A program made the position numbers and the translations under genes. From an uncultured Gammaproteobacteria bacterium (GTDB taxonomy: Bacteria; Patescibacteriota; Patescibacteriia; Magasanikbacterales; JBBTQS01), in assembly GCA_964627525.1 (NCBI GenBank), contig CAZVIA010000005.1, forward strand, positions 6,078-70,077: DNA of 64,000 nucleotides, given 5' to 3'. Under the pieces are notes generated by a model. It was not told where the DNA came from. It made no database searches and worked only from the letters and a program-made list of their open reading frames with translations. This document shows, piece by piece, positions 50,401-58,026 of this stretch (positions are counted from its first letter, which is position 1; every line of letters starts with the position of its first letter).

Positions 50401-51239
50401 TTATCCCCAGTTGTAAATGTCACACTACAAGTACTACCAAGTCCACATTTTAATTTTTTACCATCTTTTGATAACACTCCATTTTTTCCATCTTTTACAT
50501 CCACAACATATTGTGTGTTTCTATCAAGACAACCTGTTGCTTCAGCTGTACCACAGTCTTTTGCAGACTTCATTGCCACCATACTGTCATCTATATCATA
50601 ATCAACATCAATTGCTTTACTAGATCCTGTTTTACGCAAAATTATATTTTTTTCAACACTTTCAGAATCAACATCCATTGAAAAATTAATTTTTACGCTT
50701 ACATTATAAATAGGAACATTACCACTTGGTACAATACTTTGAACTGTAAAATTCTTTATTGAACCACCACCGCCAGTCCCACCTGTTCCTCCTCCACCTC
50801 CACCACTACTATCTGAATCACTTGAACTAAATTGAGTACCAGTTGCATCACCTAGTGAGCTTAAAACAAATTGCGTAATTGAAAATGACAAAATAATTAT
50901 CATCAATCCAATCAAACCATTTTTCAAAATCTTTTTAGCTAACAAAATCTTATCTTCATTTCCACCAGCAGTCATCCAAATAAATCCACCATACAAAACA
51001 ATCAAGATCGCCAAAATTCCCAAAAAACCAAGAACCACACGAACTATTTTTGCGATTGTAACTTTTATGTCCTGATCTCCTAATTGAGATGCTTCTTGAA
51101 AATCACCTAAACTTGTATCAATTTGTGCTAAAACTTCTCCAGCTCCAACAAATGCAAAAACAGCAAACACCAAAGCAAACACTATTAAAAAGTTTTTGTA
51201 TTTAGACTTTGATTTAAATTTTGAGAAAAATGATCTCAT
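41424..51239 (-). CDS. Giant (3271 aa) surface protein: VirB2/TrbC-like N-terminal double-TM hairpin, Gly-rich linker, Ig/IPT-TIG-like domains, about ten myxococcal-type Cys-rich repeats (CGDG...E.CDDGN...DGCS..C)
   Basis: N-terminus homologous to the 51242..53053 product; repeats such as [27 protein letters not shown] and [29 protein letters not shown]; IPT-like [11 protein letters not shown]. Confidence 0.75.
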   Translation of the reverse strand: [3271 protein letters not shown]

Positions 51240-51241
51240 AA

Positions 51242-53053
51242 TTATTTAGCAGTTGGATTACACGCACTTGATGAAGGATTTCCATTACAACACCAAGGTT
51301 TTGATTCACTTGTGCCACTACACCCCATATCATCTTGCGCTGGATAAAAACAATTATTAGCCATATCCATTATTGAAGACGGCAAATGTGGAATGTATTC
51401 TCCATCTTCATAAAATTCAGTTCCATGATGGATAATAAATTGACCTCTTTCATCATAAAAATCTGCGTGCGGCTCACCTTCTGGAATTACCTCCTCATCA
51501 AATCGCTTAGAAAAACCAACTGCAATTTCTTCAGGATTATTTAATAGCATTGCATCTGAAAAACTACTGTATTGCATTGGTTTTGAAAAAGTAATTACAG
51601 GATCAAGCTCAACGTCTATTTTCGTTGCATTTACTTTTGGCAAAATATTTATAATTTTCGGAGCACTAATATCTTTGTTTCCTGAAGTTGAAAAACTATA
51701 CAAAAAATTATCTTGATCAGGACCACTACTTGTATCATCTTCATTTCCATCCAAAGAATTTCCGACCATATCAACCACACCATTATAACCAGCTGTATTT
51801 GGATAACTTAATAAATTAATAGCTGCAGCTGGCTCACCTGTTGCTGGATTGTTTAATGTTGCTGCTTTTGCCAAAACTTGAATTGCAGCTGGTCCAGGCA
51901 AACAATAAACTTCATTACCACAGGAATTTTTTCCACAAGAATTTTCAGGATCATCTGCTATATATTCAATTGTTTTATAACCATTTGTAATTCTAAAAGT
52001 TCCTTTCACTGCTGTTAAAGCATTTTCTTTTGACTCCCCAACTATTATATTATTAAAACCTTCTGTAACTTTACCAACAACTGCGAGTGGCAAAATAGGT
52101 TCATTAAAAGTAATTTGAATTCCAATGTTGCGCGGAAGTTCTTTTGTTGTGCCAATTTTAGGAAATGTAGAAACAACATGAGGTGGCTCTGAATCCACTT
52201 GAGTACTCACTTCAAACACCCAATCATAATCAGGATTTGCCAAACTAAAAATTGTTTTTCCGTTTGTGTTTAAAATTTCATTTGTTAGTCGAACTGTATA
52301 TTGAACATCTTCTGTGGATAAACCAAGATAATTTGCTGGTTTGAAAATAAAAGTTTTATTATCTGGAGCAACAGTCACTGTGACATTTTTAATTGTTTTT
52401 TCATCTAAAGTTTTTTGTGCATCAGGTCCGCTAATAGGATAAATCTGAATTGCGTTTGTATTTATTGTTTCGCCATCAATAATTGAGTTTTTATCAATCG
52501 GCATTTTAAAAGTAATTACAATCGGAGTGTTTCTTGGAATATTTTTATCCCCACGATCTGGATAATGTGATTCTAAAACAGTTCCAAGCGCACCAGAAGT
52601 TTTAAATGAAATACCTGAACCACCTGTTCCACCAGACCCACTACCAAAAAGATTTGCACCTGTTGCATCATTTAAAGATTTCAAAACAAAATAAGTAATG
52701 CTATATGCAGACATAATTATTACCAAACCAATTCCAGCATTAATTAAAATCTTTTTAGCTTTATCAATCTGATCAGGATTTCCAGCTGCAGTCATCCAAA
52801 TAAAACCACCGTACAAAACCAAACAAATCGCAATAATACCCAAGAAGCCTAAGACCACTTGAACAATATCACCAATTATGGTTTTTATATCTTTATCACC
52901 TAAACTTGTTTGCTGTTGAAATTCATCTAATTCAGTATTGATTTGCGCTGATACAATTTGTGTTTTTAAAACAAAAAAACCAGCGGCCAATATAACACAA
53001 AAAATTGCCACTAAAAACTTTTTCTTGTAACTCAATGGATGTGCCCTATCCAT
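51242..53053 (-). CDS. Surface protein (603 aa) with the same pilin-like N-terminal module plus Ig-like domains; paralog of the N-terminus of the giant protein
   Basis: [27 protein letters not shown] is ~60% identical to residues 60-90 of the neighbouring product. Confidence 0.7.
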   Translation of the reverse strand: [603 protein letters not shown]

Positions 53054-53068
53054 TTAGGACAAAATTTA

Positions 53069-53509
53069 TTATCCGATCATTTCTGTCAACAATTCGCGTA
53101 CATAATTGCCGTCTGCACGACCAGAAACTTGCTTCATCACAAGCCCCATGCACTTATTCACAGAAGGTTCCTCGGACTGTTCAATTACTGAACTTATTAT
53201 ACCACGAATTTCTTGTTCAGGCATCTCCTGTGGAAGAAAATCTTTTAACACTTCTAATTCTAATTTTGTTTTTGAAATTAAGTCCTCACGACCAGCGCTT
53301 TCAAACTCTTGTAAAGCATCTTTTAATTGCTTCACTTGTGTTTTCAAAACTTTTTGCATCTCATCTTCAGATATTTCTTTTTCAGTTTTGCGCAACTCAA
53401 TTTCACGATTTTTTATTGCGGTTTTCACTAAACGCAAAATAGACAAATCAGGTTCTTTTTTGTCCCGCATTGCCTGTAGAATTTTTTCTTCAATTGTTTG
53501 TAACAACAT
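53069..53509 (-). CDS. GatB/YqeY domain protein
   Basis: ~146 aa, helical GatB/YqeY pattern; precedes rpsU as in many bacteria. Confidence 0.75.
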   Translation of the reverse strand: MLLQTIEEKILQAMRDKKEPDLSILRLVKTAIKNREIELRKTEKEISEDEMQKVLKTQVKQLKDALQEFESAGREDLISKTKLELEVLKDFLPQEMPEQEIRGIISSVIEQSEEPSVNKCMGLVMKQVSGRADGNYVRELLTEMIG

Positions 53510-53514
53510 AAAAT

Positions 53515-53769
53515 TTATCGTCTCTTCTTTTTTCCTCTTCCTCTAAAATCATCTTCAGTTGCTTTTCCGGACTTAATTAAATAAGTACGCTTTGCTGCCA
53601 TTTTATTTCTAACTAAAGCTGAATTTTTTTGAAGATTTTTACTTTTGGTACGCTTAAAATATTGCGTTTTTTTAGCTTGCAATAATTTTCCACTCATTGT
53701 CATTGATTTACGAAAGCGTCGCATCAATGCTTCAAAACTTTCGCCTTTGTTTTTTGTTACTTCAATCAT
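53515..53769 (-). CDS. rpsU: 30S ribosomal protein S21
   Basis: Small basic protein; ALMRRFRKS motif. Confidence 0.8.
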   Translation of the reverse strand: MIEVTKNKGESFEALMRRFRKSMTMSGKLLQAKKTQYFKRTKSKNLQKNSALVRNKMAAKRTYLIKSGKATEDDFRGRGKKKRR

Positions 53770-53803
53770 GTAAACACCTACCTTTCTCTATTTTATTCTT
53801 ATA

Positions 53804-55276
53804 TTATTTCTTTGTTTTTTTCGTAGACTTTCTGGTCTTTTTAACCTTTTTCTTAAGTTCTGGAATAATTTTGTCAAAATCCACGACTTCCTGATTTCCA
53901 GACTCCATATCGCGAATTATCACAGTATTATCCATAACTTCCTTTTGCCCTACCAGCACAACATATGGTATCTCTTTTTCATTAGCTATGTCAAGCTGTG
54001 TTTTTAGTGCATCTTTAGCAAAATTTGCATCTAAAACATATCCTGCATCACGCAAATTATTATATAAAGCCAATGCACGACGTTTTCCTTGCTTTCCTAA
54101 TTGTGCAACAAACAAATCTGGCTTAGGCGCAGACCAAGGTTTAACCCCCCGATCCTTCATTGCCAAAACTATACGATCAATTCCAGGAGCAACACCACAT
54201 GCCGCTGTTTCTTTTCCACCCAATTGTTCCATTAACAAATCATAACGACCCCCACCACACAAAGATGATTGAGATAATTCACTATCATCATCTACTGCCA
54301 AAAACTCAAAAACGGTTTTTGTATAATAATCTAAACCACGCACCAAAAAAGTATCCACAAAATACGGAATCTCCAATTCATCTAAGTATTCCAAAACTTC
54401 TGTGAAATGTTTTTTAGAATCATCTGAAAGCCAATCAATAATTTGCGGAGCTTCCTCACGAACTTCTGCACATTGTTCTTCTTTACAATCTAACAAACGC
54501 AAAGGATTTCGCACCAAACGTTTTTGACAATTATCACACAATTCTTTTTTACGCTGACGATACCATTGAACTAATTCCATTTTATATCGTGCACGATCAT
54601 CTGGAAGTCCGATGCTATTAATATTTACACGAGTTTCAATCCCCAACTCTTTAAAAAACTGATAAGTCAACAAAATTATTTGAGCATCAGTTGCTGGAGA
54701 ATCATCTCCAATTATTTCAAAATCTGCCTGATAAAACTGTCTGTAACGACCAGCTTGTGGACGATCATAACGAAACATCGGCCCCCATAACCATAATTTT
54801 TGTGGTTGCGGACGATTAAACATTCCATTATTTATAAATGCACGACACAAAGACGCTGTTGCTTCTGGACGCAAAGCCAATTTTTTCTCATCACGATCCA
54901 GCAAAGTGTACATTTCTTTTTCAACAATATCAGTAACTTTTCCAACCGCACGCACAAACAATTCCTCTGGCTCAACCAAAGGAGTTTCAATTCTCATAAA
55001 ACCAAAATCATCTGCAATTTTTTGCGCAGTTTCATAGCACTTTCGCCAATAAGGTTCGTCTTCTGGTAAAATATCTCGCATCCCACGAACAGTTTGAGGA
55101 GTTCTAATTTTTTTCTTTTTCGGCTCTTGATCCTCTTGTGGCTCTGGCTTTTTTACTTCAGTTTTCTTCTCTGGCTTTTTATCCTCTGGTTTTTTATCGA
55201 CTTTTTTGTCTAATTTTTTATCAGACTTTTTGTCTTCAGGTTTTTTGTCGACTTTTTTCGTAATTTTCTTAGTCAT
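53804..55276 (-). CDS. hisS: Histidyl-tRNA synthetase with Lys-rich low-complexity N-terminal extension
   Basis: GMRDILPED (motif 1), FRYDRPQAGRYRQFYQ (motif 2); the N-terminal ~55 aa are KKxDKK repeats. Confidence 0.85.
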   Translation of the reverse strand: MTKKITKKVDKKPEDKKSDKKLDKKVDKKPEDKKPEKKTEVKKPEPQEDQEPKKKKIRTPQTVRGMRDILPEDEPYWRKCYETAQKIADDFGFMRIETPLVEPEELFVRAVGKVTDIVEKEMYTLLDRDEKKLALRPEATASLCRAFINNGMFNRPQPQKLWLWGPMFRYDRPQAGRYRQFYQADFEIIGDDSPATDAQIILLTYQFFKELGIETRVNINSIGLPDDRARYKMELVQWYRQRKKELCDNCQKRLVRNPLRLLDCKEEQCAEVREEAPQIIDWLSDDSKKHFTEVLEYLDELEIPYFVDTFLVRGLDYYTKTVFEFLAVDDDSELSQSSLCGGGRYDLLMEQLGGKETAACGVAPGIDRIVLAMKDRGVKPWSAPKPDLFVAQLGKQGKRRALALYNNLRDAGYVLDANFAKDALKTQLDIANEKEIPYVVLVGQKEVMDNTVIIRDMESGNQEVVDFDKIIPELKKKVKKTRKSTKKTKK

Positions 55277-55280
55277 ATTT

Positions 55281-55892
55281 TTACAAATTATATTCTGGCT
55301 GATCCATCAACCCAAATTCTTCAATTGGCCAACCTCGTAACCATGCTCGACCAATAATATCATCACGCATAACAGCTCCCATTTTGCGCGAATCCAAACT
55401 TACGTTTCTATTGTCTCCTAAAACAAAATACTCATCCTCATTTAAAGTCACTGTAAGTTCACCAGTTGTATAAACTGCATCCTCTAAATAATCTTCTTCT
55501 GCAACCACAACTCCGTTTTCATTTTCAGAATTATAAACCACAACTTTTCCTGACTGAACTTTTATTTTTTCACCCGGCAAACCAATAATTCTTTTTAAGA
55601 AAAATTCTCGTTTGTCATTTTCTCTCCTAAAAACTATTACTTCACCACGTTTTGGCTCTGAAAACCTATAAGTGATCTCATCAATGATTAAATACTGCTT
55701 TTCATAATAATTCGGCTCCATGCTTGCACCTTTTACATAAAAAGGTTTAAACAAAAAATATCGCACCATTCCAATTGTTATAATAGTAAGTAACGCGATT
55801 TTTGCGAACTCTATAAAAAAAACTTTTGTTGCATATCCGCGAGATGATTTGTCTTGCTCGCTTTGATCATATAGACCTGGATCTTCTAACAT
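55281..55892 (-). CDS. lepB: Signal peptidase I
   Basis: GASMEPNY (Ser box), VLGDNRNVSLDSR (box E). Confidence 0.85.
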   Translation of the reverse strand: MLEDPGLYDQSEQDKSSRGYATKVFFIEFAKIALLTIITIGMVRYFLFKPFYVKGASMEPNYYEKQYLIIDEITYRFSEPKRGEVIVFRRENDKREFFLKRIIGLPGEKIKVQSGKVVVYNSENENGVVVAEEDYLEDAVYTTGELTVTLNEDEYFVLGDNRNVSLDSRKMGAVMRDDIIGRAWLRGWPIEEFGLMDQPEYNL

Positions 55893-56172
55893 ATTTTGCT
55901 TATTTTGCTAATAAAATGCACTTCTAGGGGCTAGTATAGCATGGATTTTAGGGTTGTGCAAGATTAGGGTAAAAAAGGAAAAACACCTTGAGGACAGCCT
56001 GCTTAGAACAGATGTGCTTTATCTCAAAGTGTTTTTAGGTTAGGTTTGGGCTGTGAGAACGTCGAAGATAATCCAACGAATGGTTATCTCACAACCCAAG
56101 TTATTGATGTGCCTTGAACACGCGTGCTGTATTTTATGGAACCAGTATCTCAAGGCGTAAAATGTTGTGTGT

Positions 56173-56562
56173 TTAAATCGGGAAGTCAGGACTGTTCGCA
56201 GGCTCGCAACGCGCAAAAGCACGAAGCGCCCGAGCAAACTCCATTTTCCTTTGAAGTCGTTCGAAAATGTCTGGCATTGTCAAACGCACAGGCATTGTGC
56301 TGCGACAGTCTTGTTGAAACTGCCAGTTGTGGTGACACAGATTTCTCTGCTGTTCCAGACCATTCCTGCCATACTCGTGAGAAAACGCCCAATGACGCAA
56401 CTGGTTGTGCCAACCATACCAGTATTTACCACCAAGACGGCAGTAGACCAGCTTTGCCAAGGTCAGCAAAAACACAGTCCAATGCTTGTCTACAGCATAG
56501 AACTGGTTTCCAAATGCAACCACAAACCTTCGTTTGGATTGCTTTTGAACCAAAGACGACAT
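56173..56562 (-). CDS. Hypothetical protein (129 aa), GC ~50%, strong RBS GGGAGGGAGAG; possibly the first cassette
   Basis: RBS 5 nt before ATG; downstream long hairpin 56046-56115. Confidence 0.4.
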   Translation of the reverse strand: MSSLVQKQSKRRFVVAFGNQFYAVDKHWTVFLLTLAKLVYCRLGGKYWYGWHNQLRHWAFSHEYGRNGLEQQRNLCHHNWQFQQDCRSTMPVRLTMPDIFERLQRKMEFARALRAFARCEPANSPDFPI

Positions 56563-56757
56563 CTCTCCCTCCCTTTTGCCAGCCCCCTGTGACTAGCTAA
56601 GTTATAATAGCAAGTTTGGGGAGTTTGTCAAGTTTGAGTTGCTCTGGCGCACCCCAATACCAAGCATTGGAGTTTGACGTTTCGCTTAGTCAAGCACCCC
56701 CTTGTGGTTAAGTTTAAAATTATAAATTGTATAATGTGGTAGGAAAATATGTATGTC

Positions 56758-56889
56758 GCCTAACGTTCCAGAATATGCGATGTTTGCCCGTGGTAAAATT
56801 TGCGACCGGCGGGAGCTTACCACGGGCAAATATGGGTGCAGCGAGGAGGAGGTACGACGACGAACGGAACCGCATATTCTGTGTTGTAC
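56758..56889. repeat. attC-like element A: GCCTAAC-gtt-CCAGAATATGCG ... CGCATATTCTG-t-GTTGTAC; inner 14-bp stem TTTGCCCGTGGTAA/TTACCACGGGCAAA; AATATGGGTG motif
   Basis: Read directly; 11-bp outer inverted repeat. Confidence 0.7.
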
Positions 56890-56928
56890 GATGTAATGAA
56901 AAATTTATCCATTAAAAATTATTTGGGG

Positions 56929-57747
56929 CTACTTTTTTGGGTAAGGAATTGGGAAAACTCCTTTTAACTTCATGACGGCAGGTGAAGCAGTTTTTGCATT
57001 CACTTTTGCCATAAAGTTGTACTTTTTAAGTGATGTAAGTGCGCTCGGACTCATTTCAGAGTGATACTTGTTGATTAGCTCAGCTGTTGCACTGCCAACG
57101 AAATAGCAAAGTACATGGTTTGCGGCTTCAAGTGTGCGCTCCAGAATATCTGTACGGTAGTGCATAGATGTTTGATCTGACAATATGCAAGACAAGTCTT
57201 TTTCTTTGCTTTGCACTATTTGTTCCAGGACTTCTTCATCTACAAAGTTATGTGCTTCGTCGAGTCCGAGCGAACGATTTTCGCCGCCAACGATTTGCAA
57301 AAACTGCTTCACAAGGTATAAACCGAGTTCTCTTGCTACACCTGTACCCAAACTACGATAATCCAACTTGCAGAGGAGAAACTTTTGGCCGTCCTTTTTC
57401 ATTTCCTCAAAGTGGATTTCCTTCTGGAATTTTGCAATGTTTTCATCAAGTGTTCCGGTCACTGCTTCAAATATCGCAACTTTGTTAGCTTTGTCTGCTG
57501 GAATGTAAGATTGAACATCTTTGATAAGATCCCCGTAAGGATCAATCAACATGCCACCTCGACTGTTGTGGATGTCTGAAATTATTATGTCTTCAAGAGT
57601 GACGGATTTGCCTTGGCCGGAACGTCCAAATAAATGCAAAATTCCAGGACGTTCTTCTGGAGAAAGGCCAAAAGTTTCTCCGTTTTCTTGTGCACCGATT
57701 GGTGTTAACCCTTCCTTGATGATGTTTTCCATAGTGTTTGTGCTCAT
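56929..57747 (-). CDS. P-loop ATPase (HerA/AAA_10-like; Walker A GRSGQGKS, Walker B LGLDEAH)
   Basis: Motifs read directly; 272 aa, possibly a truncated or standalone domain. Confidence 0.55.
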   Translation of the reverse strand: MSTNTMENIIKEGLTPIGAQENGETFGLSPEERPGILHLFGRSGQGKSVTLEDIIISDIHNSRGGMLIDPYGDLIKDVQSYIPADKANKVAIFEAVTGTLDENIAKFQKEIHFEEMKKDGQKFLLCKLDYRSLGTGVARELGLYLVKQFLQIVGGENRSLGLDEAHNFVDEEVLEQIVQSKEKDLSCILSDQTSMHYRTDILERTLEAANHVLCYFVGSATAELINKYHSEMSPSALTSLKKYNFMAKVNAKTASPAVMKLKGVFPIPYPKK

Positions 57748-57821
57748 ATGAATTAGTTAGTTAATTAGTAAATTGTGAAAAAAGTAGCCCCAAATACATT
57801 ATAAAAATTTTTCATTATTTC

Positions 57822-57922
57822 GTACAACGTTAGGTATAAGCGAAGTTTTGCAGAGCTGAAAAGCGGAGCAAAATTTGCGTGAGCCCCGAGCCGAGGGGCG
57901 AACCGCTTATACCTTGTTAAAC
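57822..57922. repeat. attC-like element B: GTACAAC-gtt-AGGTATAAGCG ... CGCTTATACCT-t-GTTAAAC
   Basis: 11-bp perfect outer inverted repeat; inner TTTTGC...GCAAAA hairpin. Confidence 0.7.
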
Positions 57923-58026
57923 GACCCGAGGTCTGCCTTCCTTATTATAATTATTTAAGAAAAGGCAGGCCGAGAGCGCAGCGGGGCGCGACTGGAAGGA
58001 GCGAGTTTATAATTTTTTGTAAATTT

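Noticed and set aside
41614-50623. Many 60-130-aa ORFs inside or antisense to the 3271-aa gene
   Set aside because: Embedded in a continuous 9.8-kb reading frame with consistent domain repeats; chance ORFs in AT-rich antisense.
53005-53546. Plus-strand ORFs of 145-146 aa overlapping yqeY and the adhesin paralog
   Set aside because: Antisense to confidently assigned genes (GatB/YqeY pattern, pilin-like N-terminus).
56124-56600. Two plus-strand ORFs (158 aa, 141 aa) in the GC-richer 56040-56600 patch
   Set aside because: The minus-strand 129-aa ORF has a near-perfect RBS GGGAGGGAGAG. The plus-strand frames lack one and overlap each other.
56727-56915. 62-aa ORF covering repeat element A
   Set aside because: Coincides exactly with the structured attC-like element. 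The same applies to the small ORFs over elements D and E (60305..60508, 60349..60594).
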